A stretch of DNA of 64,000 nucleotides, from contig CAVUAK010000001.1 of NCBI GenBank assembly GCA_963739455.1, positions 1,408,001 through 1,472,000 of the forward strand, given 5' to 3'. This document shows positions 1 through 11,664 of the stretch, piece by piece. Numbering within the stretch: position 1 is the stretch's first letter; the number at the start of each line of letters is the position of its first letter. Under the pieces are notes generated by a model that worked only from the letters and a program-made list of their open reading frames with translations, made no database searches and was not told the DNA's origin. The DNA comes from an uncultured Gemmatimonadales bacterium (GTDB taxonomy: Bacteria > Gemmatimonadota > Gemmatimonadetes > Gemmatimonadales > GWC2-71-9). The position numbers were made by a program, and so were the translations under genes.

Positions 1-243
1 GGTGCCGACGGGGTTGCGACTGTACTGAGCCGGAGGAACCAAACGCGGAGGAACCAAGAGCGGAAAAACGGCGTGATGAAGATCACTGCTGAAAGCTGCA
101 CTATGTCAAAGAGCTGAAAGCAGTTGCACCACCCCGCACTACGCCTCGAATAGCACCGTTCTTGCCTCGTTGATGGGTCGAGTTTCCCAAGTCATCCAGT
201 GACAGCGTCTTGGATAGAACCGACCCCGCATCACGAGGTCAGT

Positions 244-2644
244 ATGCAAACGTCCCGTGCGATCTGCGCTGCAGTTTCCGTTGTCAGTTTCTTGTCGCTC
301 TCGTCATGTACCGCGGTGTCCGAACCGGACCCAGGTGACGGCGGGACGCCTCCACCAGTCGTGAACGCGAACTGGTCGGATCCGGCAACGTGGGGCGGTA
401 CGGTGCCCGCTGCCGGCGCTGACGTCGTGATTCCGGCCGACAAGAACGTGCTCCTCGACATGGACACGCCGGCGCTTGGCAGCCTCACGATCAATGGCTC
501 GCTCACGTTCTCCCCGGCAAAGGACCTGGCGCTCACGTCACGCTACGTGATCGTGCAGGGCACGCTGCAGATCGGCACCGAGTCGTCCAAGCGGACGAAG
601 AAGGCGACGATCACGCTGACCGGCGACGGCAGCGGCGAGATCCAGGGCTTCGGCGACAAGATGATCGGTGTGCTTGCCGGTGGCCGTATCGAGCTGCATG
701 GCGAGTCGCGGCTGGCCTGGACCAAGCTGGCGTCGACCGCTGCCGTGGGTGCGACGCAGATCACGCTGGCGCAGTCGCCCAACTGGCGCGTGGGCGACCG
801 GATCGTGCTCGCCTCGACGGACTTCGATCCATTCCAGGCTGAAGAAGCGACGATCACTGCCAGGTCGAGCGGCTCGAGCGTGACGTTCGAGACGCCGCTG
901 CGCTATGCGCACTGGGGCGTGATGCAGTCGGTCAGTGGTGTGTCGCTGGATGAGCGGGCGCGAGGTGGGCCTGCTGACGCGCAACATCACCATCCAGGGC
1001 GACAGCGCGTCGCTCACCACCGGCATTGGTGGTCACGTGATGGTGATGCAGGGCGCCACGGCGCACGTGGAGGGCGTGACCTTCACCCGCATGGGGCAGA
1101 AGGCGCGACTGGCGCGCTACCCGATGCACTGGCACATGGCCGGCGCGGTGGATGGCCAGTATTTCCGCAACAACTCGGTGTGGAAGAGCTTCAACCGCTG
1201 CCTGACGGTGCATGGCACCGACAACGTGGTGGCCGACGGCAACGTCTGCCATGACCACATCGGTCACGGCTTCTTCCTCGAGGATGGCGCCGAGTCGGGC
1301 AACACCTTCACCGGCAACCTGGTGATGACGACGCGCGCGCCGGCGACGGGCGAGGCGGTGCTGCCGTCGGATACCCGGCCGGCGAGCTACTGGATCACCA
1401 ACCCGGACAACACCTATCGCGGCAACGTGGCGGCAGGCTCGCGCGGCATCGGCTTCTGGTGCGCGTTCCCGGCGTCACCCACCGGTCTCTCGGTGGGCGC
1501 GGCAGACCTGCCGCGGCGGACGGCGCTGCGCGAGTTCAAGGACAACGTGGCGCACTCCAACCGTTCGGTCGGCCTGAACGTGGATGACGGCCCGACGATG
1601 GACGGCACCACCGAGGTGACCAACTACTCGCCGAGGACGGATCCGGCGACGGATTCGCCGGCGGTGATTGGCGACTTCACCGGGCTCAAGGCGTGGAAGA
1701 ACAGCGGCCGCGGTGTCTGGCTCCGCGGCAGCAACCTGCGCATCACCAACGGCGCTGCATGGCCGACAACGGCATCGGCGCCACGTTCGCGGCGAACGAG
1801 ACGTTCGTGCAGAACTCGACCTTCATCGGCGAGAGCGAGAACGTGGGCACCGCGGCGCTGGGCTTCTACCGCGGCTACGAGTTCTACGATGGGCGGGTGG
1901 GTGCCGACAACGTGAAGTTCATCAACTTCACCAAGATGGGCACGATCCCGTCGAGCGCGCTGGGCCAGAACCGGAACAACTCGTTCCCGATCAGCACCGG
2001 CAACTTTGCGCGGCAGCTGCAGTTCATCAACTCGAACGAGGTGTACTTCGAGGACCCGCATGCCGACCGCGACGGCGACAAGGCCGCCGCGTTCTACGAC
2101 TCGACGGGCTCGGTGTCGGGCACGACGGGCGCATTCGTGGTGGCCAACGTGCCGTTCATGGTGGATGGCACCTGCACGCTGCGCTCGGCCTGGAACTCCC
2201 AGGTCTGCACCGGGCGGCGGGTGAACCTGCGGATCAACAACAACGGCGCCGAGGCGGCGGGCCCGTTTACGCGTGACGCGCGATGACGGCGCGGCGATTA
2301 CGCTGGTGGGCGTGCCGAATACGCAGACGACAGGCACCACCACGGCGCTGCCGGGGCGGAGCTACGTGGTGTCGTGGGGCGGCGCGGTGCCGCCCAAGCC
2401 GCGGGTGTTCATCAACCGGACCCAGGTGGGCGAATGGGCCCGGGTGACGGTGCCGTACCCGACGGCGAGCATCCGGGTGATCCGGGACTATGACTCGGGG
2501 CATCCGCTGACGCAGGTGGGGAGCGTCGCCGAAGTGGATGCTGCAACCGATGCCGCGTGGTATTACGACGGAACGTCGGTGCACTTGAAGCTGATCACCA
2601 AGACCGGCAGGGATTACGCGGCGATGTTTATCGAACCACTCTAG
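244..2644 (+). CDS. G8-domain / beta-helix lipoprotein, TMEM2/CEMIP-like; split by about 3 frameshifts (~960, ~1758, ~2280)
   Basis: Lipobox-like SLSSC. G8 motif WSDPATWGG..P.AG.DVVIP. After joining frames: EVGLLTRNITIQG, GGHVM, MGQ..LARYPMHWH, SFNRCLTVHGT, GHGFFLEDG, ASYWITNPDN, all typical of this family. ORFs 199-1254, 935-1915, 1693-2286 and 2273-2644 join up. Confidence 0.85.
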
Positions 2645-2669
2645 CGGCGAAGCCGCTCGAGCGGTTCTC

Positions 2670-2696
2670 AGGACGTGAGGACGTGAGGACGTGAGG
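2670..2696 (+). repeat. (AGGACGTG)x3 octamer tandem repeat
   Basis: Read directly; same unit at 49213 and related units at 57354 and 57423. Confidence 0.9.
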
Positions 2697-2699
2697 GGG

Positions 2700-2730
2700 G
2701 GCGGGCCGAGAGGGTCCGCCTTCTTCATTT
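2700..2730 (+). terminator. Probable intrinsic terminator after the G8 gene
   Basis: Stem GGCGGGCC-gagag-GGTCCGCC followed by TTCTTCATTT, between convergent genes. Confidence 0.6.
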
Positions 2731-2800
2731 GTGCCGCCGGGCGTTCGCCTGCGCCCTCGGTATCGGGCGCACGCGTCTTCCCTCTTCCCCGCCTCTCCTG

Positions 2801-4189
2801 TCACGTCCTCAACTCCGCCGGTACCTGCTCGATCATCACCCGTGTGATCGGGCGACGGAGGAGCGTGTACACCCGCAGCGTGAGGATGGCGGCGACGACC
2901 GCCAGGGCCGCGGCAAGGCCCCACCAGAGGCCTACAGGGCCCATGGAGGTATGAAAACCCAGGAGGAGGCTCAACGGGATCCCGAAGAGCCAGAAGCCGC
3001 CCAGGTTGATGAGCATGGGCACCCGGGTATCGCCGGCACCGCGGAGGATGCCGGCCGTGACGGCCTGCCCGCCATCGAAGAGCTGGAAGACGCCGGCAAC
3101 GGGCAGCAGTGTCGCGGCCAGGGCAATGGTGGCGACGTCGTTGGTGTACAAGTGCGCGAGCCAGTGCGGCACGGTGAGGAACATGAGGCTCGTGATCGCC
3201 ATGAACCCGACGCCATAGACGATCGCGGCGCGCGCCGCGCGGCGGGCGCTCGGCATGTCCGCGGCACCGATCGCGTGGCCCACGAGCACGGCCGCGGCCT
3301 GGCCCATACCGAGTGGCACCATGAACGTGAGTGAGGCGAGGTTGATGGCCACCTGGTGCGCGGCGACAGGAATGGTGCCGATGTGTCCCATCATGAGGCC
3401 CACGCCGCCGAAGGCGGTGAACTCGAGCGCGGTCTGGATACCGATGGGGAGGCCGAGGCGCAGCATGCGGCTGAGCGGTGCCAGTTCGAGCGTCTCGCGC
3501 CGCAAGGGGCGCAACGCGGGCCTGAGTTCGCGCCATGCAATCGCCAGCAGAATGAATGGCAGGATCCAGCGACCGATGGTGGTGGAGATCGCGGATCCGG
3601 TGACGCCCAGCGCGGGCGCACCGAGATGGCCGTAGATCAGCACCCAGTTCATGAAGCCATTGATGAGGTTGCCGACGAGGATGCTGATGACAATGGGCCG
3701 CACGGCGCGCAGCGCCTGGAGGCTCTGGCGTAGCACCACGAAGAGGTACAGGGGCAGCACGCCCGGCGCGCTCCACCGGGCGAACGCGCCGGCGAGGGGC
3801 ACCACCTCGGCCGGCTGGCCCAACCAGCGAAGCAGCGGCTCGGCATAGAGCAGCGCGATGACGACGGGAGCCGAAAGCCCGATGGCGAGGAGCAGGCCTC
3901 GCTGCACTCCACGCGCCACCGCGGTATGGTCCCTGGCACCAAGGGCCTGTGCCACGATCGGATCGAGGCCCGAGAGGGCACCCATGCCGAGAATGGCGCA
4001 GCCGAAGAAATACAGGTTGCCGAGGGCCACGGCGGCGAGCGCAGTGGCGGAGAGGTGGCCCACCATGATGGTGTCCACCACGCCCATCGCCATGATGCCG
4101 ACCTGCACCACCACCACGGGAAGGGCGAGGCGCAGCAGGGCCCGGCTCTCCTCCCCAGTGGGGAAGGCGCGGGCGACTACATTTCTCAT
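2801..4189 (-). CDS. MATE family efflux transporter (NorM-like)
   Basis: About 12 TM segments; LALPVV, VDTIMVGHL, LRLGLPIG, AAHQVA, QLFDG..GILRGAGDTR motifs. Confidence 0.93.
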   Translation of the reverse strand: MRNVVARAFPTGEESRALLRLALPVVVVQVGIMAMGVVDTIMVGHLSATALAAVALGNLYFFGCAILGMGALSGLDPIVAQALGARDHTAVARGVQRGLLLAIGLSAPVVIALLYAEPLLRWLGQPAEVVPLAGAFARWSAPGVLPLYLFVVLRQSLQALRAVRPIVISILVGNLINGFMNWVLIYGHLGAPALGVTGSAISTTIGRWILPFILLAIAWRELRPALRPLRRETLELAPLSRMLRLGLPIGIQTALEFTAFGGVGLMMGHIGTIPVAAHQVAINLASLTFMVPLGMGQAAAVLVGHAIGAADMPSARRAARAAIVYGVGFMAITSLMFLTVPHWLAHLYTNDVATIALAATLLPVAGVFQLFDGGQAVTAGILRGAGDTRVPMLINLGGFWLFGIPLSLLLGFHTSMGPVGLWWGLAAALAVVAAILTLRVYTLLRRPITRVMIEQVPAELRT

Positions 4190-4239
4190 GTTCAGTCTGG
4201 TCCCAGGGTTTCGCAGGCCGAAAGGTACACAGGTACTCC

Positions 4240-6087
4240 GTGGCGTCAGCCGAAGAGAAGAAAAAGAACCGGGTTACCACCGAGGTGGTCTGGCGCGAGG
4301 CGCGCGAGCTCGTCTGGGCACACCGGGGCAAGCTGGCCGTCGGCATGCTGCTGATGGTGGTGAACCGGCTGGCGGGACTGGTGCTTCCGACCAGCTCGAA
4401 ATTCCTCATCGACCGTGTGCTGCCGCAGCACCGCGTTGACCTGCTCGGCGAACTGGCGCTCGCGGTGGGCCTGGCAACGCTGGTGCAGGCGGCCACGTCG
4501 TTCGGGTTGTCGCAGGTCATGAGTATTGCGGCACAGCGGGCCATCACCGACCTGCGCCGGTCGGTGCAGGAGCACCTGCTGCGACTGCCGGTGAGCTACT
4601 TCGACTCGACCAAGACCGGCGTGCTGATTTCCCGGGTCATGAACGACGCGGAAGGCATCCGGAACCTGGTGGGCACCGGCATCGTGCAGCTGGTGGGCGG
4701 CTTCATGACGGCGACGATCGCGCTGGGTGTGCTCTTCTGGCTCAACTGGCGGATGACGACCATCACGCTGGTGGTCCTGATGGCGTTCGGCGGCGTGATG
4801 GCGGCAGCGTTCAACCGGTTGCGGCCGATCTTCCGGCAGCGGGGCGCGATCAACGCCGAGGTGAGCGGCCGGCTGGCGGAGACGGTGGGCGGCATCCGCC
4901 TGGTGAAGACGTACACCGCCGAACGGCGCGAGCGGCTGGTGTTCACGCGCGGGGTGCACAAGCTGTTCCGCAACGTGGCGGCGACGATCACGGCCATATC
5001 GTGGGTGTCGGCAGTGACCACGGTGATCATCGGCATCGTGGGGATGCTGCTCATCACCATGGGCGGTCGCGCGATCCTGAGCGGCCAGATGACGCTGGGC
5101 GACTTCATCATGTACGTCTTCTTCATCGGGCTGGTGGCGGCACCGCTGGTACAGATCGCTTCGATCGGCACGCAGGTGAGCGAGGCGTTCGCGGGGCTGG
5201 ACCGGATCCGCGAGGTGCGCGGGCTGGTCACGGAGGATGCCGGCGACGCAGGGCGGCGCGAGGTGCCGGTGATCGACGGCGACGTGCTGTTCGACGACGT
5301 GAGCTTCAGCTACGTGCCGGACGTGCCGGTGCTGCAGGAGGTCAGTTTCCATGCGCCGGCAGGCTCGACCACGGCGCTGGTGGGTTCGAGCGGATCGGGG
5401 AAGAGCACGATGCTGAGCCTGATCCTCGCATTCAACCGTCCCGTGACCGGACGGGTGATGGTGGACGGGATGGACCTGACGTCGCTCCGGCTGCGCGACT
5501 ACCGGAGCCAGCTGGGTGTGGTGCTGCAGGACAACTTCCTCTTCGACGGAACGATCGCCGACAACGTGGCGTTCTCGAAGCCGGGGGCGACGCGCACGGA
5601 AATCCTCGCGGCGGCCGGCCTGGCGCACTGCGACGAGTTCGTGAGCCGCTTCACCGAGGGCTACGACACGGTGGTGGGGGAGCGGGGCGTGAAGCTGTCT
5701 GGGGGCCAGCGGCAGCGGGTGGCGATCGCGCGGGCGATCCTGGCCGATCCGCGGATCCTGATCCTGGATGAGGCGACGTCGAGCCTCGACAGCGAGAGCG
5801 AAGAGCTGATTCGCGATGGCTTGCGGCGGCTGCGCACGGGGCGGACGACGTTCGTGATTGCGCACCGCCTCTCGACGATCGCGAGCGCAGACCAGATCCT
5901 GGTGCTCGAGGGTGGGCGGATCGTGGAGCGGGGCACCCAGCCGGAACTGCTGGCGCTGGGCGGTCGGTACAAGCAGCTCTACGACAAGCAGTATGGGCTG
6001 GAAACGGACCGGTTCATCAATCCGGGAGAGGATTTTACGCCGGAACTCGAGGCGGAGAAGGTGGTGGCGAAGACGGGAGCACTCTAG
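4240..6087 (+). CDS. ABC exporter, fused permease/ATP-binding protein (MsbA/Sav1866 type)
   Basis: N-terminal TM domain; Walker A GSSGSGKS, signature LSGGQRQR, Walker B ILILDEATS, H-loop IAHRLST. Confidence 0.95.
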   Translation: MASAEEKKKNRVTTEVVWREARELVWAHRGKLAVGMLLMVVNRLAGLVLPTSSKFLIDRVLPQHRVDLLGELALAVGLATLVQAATSFGLSQVMSIAAQRAITDLRRSVQEHLLRLPVSYFDSTKTGVLISRVMNDAEGIRNLVGTGIVQLVGGFMTATIALGVLFWLNWRMTTITLVVLMAFGGVMAAAFNRLRPIFRQRGAINAEVSGRLAETVGGIRLVKTYTAERRERLVFTRGVHKLFRNVAATITAISWVSAVTTVIIGIVGMLLITMGGRAILSGQMTLGDFIMYVFFIGLVAAPLVQIASIGTQVSEAFAGLDRIREVRGLVTEDAGDAGRREVPVIDGDVLFDDVSFSYVPDVPVLQEVSFHAPAGSTTALVGSSGSGKSTMLSLILAFNRPVTGRVMVDGMDLTSLRLRDYRSQLGVVLQDNFLFDGTIADNVAFSKPGATRTEILAAAGLAHCDEFVSRFTEGYDTVVGERGVKLSGGQRQRVAIARAILADPRILILDEATSSLDSESEELIRDGLRRLRTGRTTFVIAHRLSTIASADQILVLEGGRIVERGTQPELLALGGRYKQLYDKQYGLETDRFINPGEDFTPELEAEKVVAKTGAL

Positions 6088-6088
6088 G

Positions 6089-6158
6089 AACTGCGTGAGG
6101 AGGAACAGCAACTGCGTGAGGAGGAACTGAACAGCGTGAGGGGTGAGGGGTGAGGGGG
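6089..6158 (+). repeat. 21-bp repeat (AACTGCGTGAGGAGGAACAGC-like) x2-3 followed by (GAGGGGT)x3
   Basis: Read directly between convergent stop codons; same 21-mer at 25678, 36646 and 54471. Confidence 0.85.
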
Positions 6159-6163
6159 ATCCG

Positions 6164-7594
6164 CTAGGCTGAGATCACAATGAGGTCGGCGCGGGCGGAT
6201 TCGACCCGGTTCCTTCCCAGGGCCTTGGCGCGGTAGCAGGCCGTATCAGCGCGGTGGAGAAGATCATCCGGCAATTCGGGCGCCGGCTCGGCGGTGGCAG
6301 AGCCGATGCTGATGGTAAGATCGATGGAATCGGTGTTGGGATCCTTGCCCAGCGGCTCATCGGCAACGGCGCGGCGAACACGCTCGGCGACAGCGGCGGC
6401 CTCGGGCGCCCGGGTATGCGGCAGCAGGACCACGAACTCCTCACCACCCCAGCGGAAGAGCACGTCGTGCTCGCGCAGGGCTCCAGACACCCTCCGACAC
6501 AGCAGGTGCAGCACCTCGTCTCCCACTTCGTGGCCGAAGCGGTCGTTGAGCTGCTTGAACCGGTCGATATCGAAGAAGAGGAGCGAGACTGGGCGGGAGA
6601 GCCTGCGACTGCGGTCACCTTCGCGGCGGTAGAGTGCCCCGAAGGCGCGTCGATTCAAGCAGCCGGTAAGGGCATCGCGCTGGGCGCGGGAGTGATCGCG
6701 CTCGCCGAAACGCGCGAGGGCCATGGCGAAGGACATGGCGAGCGCCACGGCGATGAGCAGCAGCAGGCCCATGAAGCCGAGTCCCTCGCGCAGGCGGGTC
6801 ATGATGGCCTGCGCCTCGGGAGACGACCACAGCGGGTTGGCCGAGACGCTGTGGAGCATCAGGGCGACGCCGCGTGCCACCATGATCGCGAGCAGCGCAA
6901 TGATGGCAATAACCAGCGTGGTGGCCCGGGTGTAGCTGACGGTGAGGCGCGGCGGCGCCGGCACCTGTTCGTCGATCCACTTGCGGACGCCCGGCCCGAA
7001 CAGCCGGAGCACGATGGGCGCGAGCACGGCCATTTCCAGGAAATCTCCCACCAGCCAGCCCTGCCAGATGCGCTCACCCGACAGCACGTCGAGCCGGTGC
7101 ACCTCGATCCAGATCAGCCCGCCAAGCGACGATGCCGCGGCCGCCACCAGGCCGATGCCGGCGAAGAGGGCGAGGTCGCGGGTGCGTGGCAGGTCGGGAT
7201 GAATCTGGAGGAGGACCATGGTGCCCCAGATGATGAGCACCTCGACGGGCGTGGCACAGGCGAAGATGAGCGACTGCGGAAGCGTGAGCCCGCCGATGAG
7301 CCCGCTGATGAGGCCGGCGGCGTACCCCGGAATGATGCCCCACATCGGGCCGAGCCAGATGGCCAGCAGCAGGGAGAAGAAGAGCGGGGGATAAATGGTG
7401 AGCCCGACGGTCGCGTCGCCCACCTGGATCGGGATGCCGCTCCAGTTGAGGCGCGCCTCGAGGATGGCGAGCACCACGGCAACAGCGCCGACGGCAAGCC
7501 AGACGACACTGAGTCGCCGCACACCGGGATGGGCTCTTTCACGGAGAATCTTGACGGGCCACCAGCTGGGGCCCGCGTACTCACCTGCGCGCAT
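6164..7594 (-). CDS. Membrane-bound diguanylate cyclase (MASE1-like TM sensor plus GGDEF domain)
   Basis: DALTGCLNRR, DIDRFKQLNDRFGH..GD and RWGGEEF motifs; multi-TM N-terminus. Confidence 0.92.
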   Translation of the reverse strand: MRAGEYAGPSWWPVKILRERAHPGVRRLSVVWLAVGAVAVVLAILEARLNWSGIPIQVGDATVGLTIYPPLFFSLLLAIWLGPMWGIIPGYAAGLISGLIGGLTLPQSLIFACATPVEVLIIWGTMVLLQIHPDLPRTRDLALFAGIGLVAAAASSLGGLIWIEVHRLDVLSGERIWQGWLVGDFLEMAVLAPIVLRLFGPGVRKWIDEQVPAPPRLTVSYTRATTLVIAIIALLAIMVARGVALMLHSVSANPLWSSPEAQAIMTRLREGLGFMGLLLLIAVALAMSFAMALARFGERDHSRAQRDALTGCLNRRAFGALYRREGDRSRRLSRPVSLLFFDIDRFKQLNDRFGHEVGDEVLHLLCRRVSGALREHDVLFRWGGEEFVVLLPHTRAPEAAAVAERVRRAVADEPLGKDPNTDSIDLTISIGSATAEPAPELPDDLLHRADTACYRAKALGRNRVESARADLIVISA

Positions 7595-7690
7595 TCGCAG
7601 TCCCCCTCACGGAAACGAAGCGACGGGAGGAGAATGTAGGCCGGTCCGGTCGGCTCCACAACGCATGCAGGCCCGGGAAACCGCTTCCGG

Positions 7691-8590
7691 CTACAGCTGT
7701 CCAGCGGCGGTACCAGCTGCCTCCTTCGTGAGCCACGCATCGAGTGCCTGTGGCTTGCGCCCGGTGAGCAGCTCGACGGCATCGGTGACGGTCGCGAGCT
7801 TTCCCTCGCGCGTGTTCTGGTCGAACTCCACACTGAGGCGCGCCATGACCGCGGGAACGCCGGCGGCGAGAAGTCCCGCAAGCATCTGCTCATCGTTGAC
7901 GTGCACCGCCTCGATGGGCTTGCCGTATGCCCGGGCCACGAGGGCGGCCACCTCATCCTGGCTCCACGCTTTACCGCCGGTGATATCGTACCGGATATTG
8001 GACGATCCCTTCATCATTGCCGCTGCGGCAGCGCGCGCCGTGTCCTCCCGGGTGACATAGGCGATCTTCCCGTCCCGCGCGGCGGTGTACCACTTTCCCG
8101 AGGCGAGCGCGGCCGGAATGGCGTGCATGAGATTCTCGGCGTACCAGTTGTTGCGCAGCATCGTCCACCGCGCGCCGCTGGCCTCAATTGCCTGCTCGGT
8201 GACCCAGTGGTCGGGCGCAAAGGACACGGCGGAGGGCGGCTCGGGACGGGGCATGGAGGTGTAGTAGATGTCCCCGACACCGGCGCGAGTGGCGGCCGCG
8301 ACTGCGGCCAGTTGCTGGCGCTGGCGGACACCTGGGACGACAAGGGCGTCGGTGGAGATGATGAGGAGCCGATCGACGCCAGCGAAGGCAGCATCGAGTG
8401 ACGCCGGATCGTCGAAATCGGCGGGCCGGGCCTCGGCACCGCGATCCACGAGGCCGGCGATGCGAGCGGGACTCCGGGTACCGGCGATGATGTGGCCGGC
8501 GCCGGCGTCGAGCAGGCACTCAATGACCGTGGTACCAAACCGTCCGGCGGCGCCGGAGACGAAGAAGGTAGGCCGGGTGGTGCCAGGCAT
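7691..8590 (-). CDS. NmrA-like NAD(P)H-binding oxidoreductase (QorB/YtfG family)
   Basis: GAAGRFG Rossmann motif; AFAGVDRLLIIS, YYTS, H..TE, LRNNWY. Confidence 0.88.
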   Translation of the reverse strand: MPGTTRPTFFVSGAAGRFGTTVIECLLDAGAGHIIAGTRSPARIAGLVDRGAEARPADFDDPASLDAAFAGVDRLLIISTDALVVPGVRQRQQLAAVAAATRAGVGDIYYTSMPRPEPPSAVSFAPDHWVTEQAIEASGARWTMLRNNWYAENLMHAIPAALASGKWYTAARDGKIAYVTREDTARAAAAAMMKGSSNIRYDITGGKAWSQDEVAALVARAYGKPIEAVHVNDEQMLAGLLAAGVPAVMARLSVEFDQNTREGKLATVTDAVELLTGRKPQALDAWLTKEAAGTAAGQL

Positions 8591-9058
8591 CTATTTCACC
8601 CCCATGAGCTCGACGTCGAAGATGAGTGTCGCGTTGGGGGGAATAACCGGCGGCGAGCCGGGGGCGCCGTAGCCGAGATCGGGCGGAATGACGAGGCGAC
8701 GCTTGCCGCCGACCTTCATGCCGGCGATGCCCTCGTCCCATCCGGCAATGACGCGTTCCTGGCCGAGCGGGAACTCGTAGGGCTTCCCGCCGATGCTGGA
8801 GTCGAACTGCTTCCCGTTCGCGAGCCATCCGGTGTAGGCCACCTGGACCGTCTTTCCGTTGACGGCCTCGGCGCCGGTGCCTTCCTTCACGTCGAGCACG
8901 TAGAGGCCGCTGGGCCGCTTGGTCATGTGGTCGAGATGCACGTCGAGCTCCTTGGCGTACTTGATGGATTCGGGAGGGCCCGACACCTGGGCGCTGCTGT
9001 CGCCCTGCCGGCAGGCAACAAGAACCGTCAAGGTGGCGGCGAGGTATAACTTGCGCAC
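8591..9058 (-). CDS. FKBP-type peptidyl-prolyl isomerase, lipoprotein
   Basis: [45 protein letters not shown] lipobox after GTG at 9058. Confidence 0.93.
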   Translation of the reverse strand: MRKLYLAATLTVLVACRQGDSSAQVSGPPESIKYAKELDVHLDHMTKRPSGLYVLDVKEGTGAEAVNGKTVQVAYTGWLANGKQFDSSIGGKPYEFPLGQERVIAGWDEGIAGMKVGGKRRLVIPPDLGYGAPGSPPVIPPNATLIFDVELMGVK

Positions 9059-9137
9059 GGGAATCTCCCGGGTTGGGTTGACCCTGAATCTAGCCGCTTG
9101 ACGCTCCCACCTCGTGCCCCTAGCATCCCCTCGCTCC

Positions 9138-10364
9138 ATGAGACTCAACCCCTTCCGCGCCCTGCGTCCGCCCCCGGAAATCGCCGCCCAGGTGGCGTGC
9201 GTGCCGTATGACGTGGTCAACCGTGACGAGGCGGCATCGCTGGCGGCGGGGAATCCGCGCAGCTTCCTCCACGTCGGGCGCCCGGACATCGACCTGCCGG
9301 CAAGCACCGATCCGTACGATGCGTCGGTCTACGCCCAGGGCCGCAAGGCGCTGGACGGGTTCCTGCGCGACGGGACGCTGCTGCGTGATGCCGATTCCAC
9401 GGTGTACATCTACCGGCAGGAGATGGACGGGCGGGGCCAGACCGGCGTGGTGGGCAGCGTGCACGTGGATGACTACGAGAACGACATCATCCGGAAGCAC
9501 GAGAAGACGCGGAAGGACAAGGAAGACGATCGCACGCGCCACGTGCTGACGCTCAACGCCAACGCCGAGCCGGTGTTCCTGGCCTACCGCCCGAGTGCGG
9601 CGATCAATGCCGACGTCGCCGCTGCGGTGAAGGGGAAGCCGCTGTACGACTTCGTGGCCGATGACGGCGTGCGGCACATCGTGTGGAAGGTGGCCGACCC
9701 GTCGCCGTTGCTGCAGCACTTCGCCGAGGTGCCGCTGGCATACGTGGCCGACGGCCATCACCGCTCGGCCAGCGCCTGGCGCGCCGGACAGGAGCGCCGC
9801 AAGGCGAACCCGAAGCACACCGGCGACGAGGAGTACAACTGGTTCCTGGCGGTGCTGTTCCCGTCGGACGAGCTGGCGATCCTGCCCTACAACCGGGTGG
9901 TGAAGACGCTCAACGGCCAGACGCCGGCGGCGTTCCGCGACCGGCTTGCCCTGCTGGGCCGGCTCGAGGCGGTGACGGATTCGCGGCCACCGCGGCCGGG
10001 GTCGTTCGCGTTCTTCCTCGAGGGCCGCTGGTGGCTCCTCACCATGGACGAATCCACGATCGACCGCCGCGACCCGATCAGGTCGCTCGACGTGTCGCTG
10101 CTGCAGGAGCGGGTCCTGGCGCCGATCCTGGGCATCAGCGATCCGCGCACCGACAAGCGGATCGACTTCGTGGGCGGCATTCGCGGCGCGGCGGAGCTGG
10201 AGCGCCGGGTGACGAGCGGCGAGATGGTGCTCGGGGTCTCGATGTTCCCGACGACGATGGAGCAGCTGCTGGCGGTGTCGGATGCGGGCGAGATCATGCC
10301 GCCGAAGAGCACGTGGTTTGAGCCGAAGCTGAGGAGCGGATTGTTTGTGCACGAGTTGAGTTGA
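9138..10364 (+). CDS. DUF1015 family protein
   Basis: [26 protein letters not shown] and [16 protein letters not shown] motifs. Confidence 0.9.
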   Translation: MRLNPFRALRPPPEIAAQVACVPYDVVNRDEAASLAAGNPRSFLHVGRPDIDLPASTDPYDASVYAQGRKALDGFLRDGTLLRDADSTVYIYRQEMDGRGQTGVVGSVHVDDYENDIIRKHEKTRKDKEDDRTRHVLTLNANAEPVFLAYRPSAAINADVAAAVKGKPLYDFVADDGVRHIVWKVADPSPLLQHFAEVPLAYVADGHHRSASAWRAGQERRKANPKHTGDEEYNWFLAVLFPSDELAILPYNRVVKTLNGQTPAAFRDRLALLGRLEAVTDSRPPRPGSFAFFLEGRWWLLTMDESTIDRRDPIRSLDVSLLQERVLAPILGISDPRTDKRIDFVGGIRGAAELERRVTSGEMVLGVSMFPTTMEQLLAVSDAGEIMPPKSTWFEPKLRSGLFVHELS

Positions 10365-10387
10365 GGGTCGAGGGTCGAGGGTCGAGA
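10362..10387 (+). repeat. (GAGGGTC)x3 heptamer repeat overlapping the DUF1015 stop codon
   Basis: tGAGGGTC GAGGGTC GAGGGTC GAGAG read directly. Confidence 0.8.
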
Positions 10388-10448
10388 GTATTCGACACTC
10401 CGTGCCCTGAACCTCTGACCACGACCCCACGACTCAGACTGGGAGACC

Positions 10449-11664
10449 ATGCGAGTCCTCATCGCAGACAAGTTCGAAAAAATCGGCATCGACGGCCTGA
10501 AGGAACTGGGCTGCGAGGTGGAGTCACAGCCCGACCTGGGTGCCGAGACGCTGCCGGGGGCGCTGGAGCGGGTCGACCCGCAGATCCTGATCGTGCGAGG
10601 CACGAAGGTGTCGGCGGCGGCGCTCAAGTCGGGGCGAGCCTGAGCCTGGTGATCCGGGCCGGCGCCGGGGTCGACACCATCGACGTGCCGGCGGCGTCGA
10701 GCCTCGGCGTGTTCGTCACCAACTGCCCGGGCAAGAACTCGATGGCGGTGGCGGAGCTGGTGATGGCGCTGCTGCTCTCCTGCGACCGGCGGATCCCGGA
10801 CCAGGTCGCAGAGCTCAGGGCGGGCCAGTGGAACAAGGGCGAGTACTCCAAGGCCCGTGGCCTGCACGGCCGCACGCTGGGCATCGTCGGGCTGGGGCAG
10901 ATCGGCCGCGAGATCGTGGCGCGGGCGCACGCCTTCGGGATGAACGTGGTGGCCTGGACCCGCAACCTGACGCTCGCGGAGGCGACGCGGCTGGGCATCG
11001 CCTACGCGGAGACGCCGATCGAGGTGGCGCGCCGCGGCCGATGCGGTGACGATCAACGTCGCGGCCAACGCGGAGACCAAGCACCTGGTGAACGCCGAGT
11101 TCCTGGCGCGCGATGCAAGCCGGGCGCCTACCTCATCAACACGTCGCGCGGCTCGGTGGTGGATGAGGCGGCGCTCGCCGAGGCGGTGCAAGACGCGCGG
11201 CATCCGCGCCGGTCTCGACGTGTACGAGGGCGAGCCGGGCGGCGCCAAGGCGGAGTTCGCGCCCGCGATGGTGAAGCTCCCGGGTGTCTACGGCACGCAC
11301 CACGTCGGGCGCATCCACCGACCAGGCCCAGGTGGCGATCGCGCACGAGGTGATCCGGATCGTGCAGCAGTTCCTGCACGCGGGGCTGGTGCCCCACTGC
11401 GTCAACCGGCTGGCACGCAGCTCGGCGACGCACGTGCTCTCGGTCCGGCATCAGAACCGTCCCGGCGTCCTGGCGCACGTCTTCAAGGTGCTGTCCGATG
11501 GTGCGATCAACGTCGAGGAAGTCGAGAACATCATCTATCACGGCGCCACGGCGACGCTCGCGCGGATCCACCTGGACGGCCGACCGGCCCCCGAGGCGCT
11601 CCAGGCGATCCGCAGCGGCAACTCGCACATCATCTCGCTCGACCTGACGGAGATCGACAAGTGA
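10449..11664 (+). CDS. serA: D-3-phosphoglycerate dehydrogenase with ACT domain; several frameshifts
   Basis: [53 protein letters not shown] motif HQNRPGVLA; adjacent to serC. Confidence 0.88.

Noticed and set aside
28..128. Short direct repeats GCGGAGGAACCAA-like x2 and GCTGAAAGC x2 at the window start
   Set aside because: Only two copies each, upstream context is cut off, and no RNA family or operator can be supported.
6089..6158. CRISPR array from the 21-bp repeats
   Set aside because: Units are contiguous with no unique spacers, only 2-3 copies per locus, and no cas genes.
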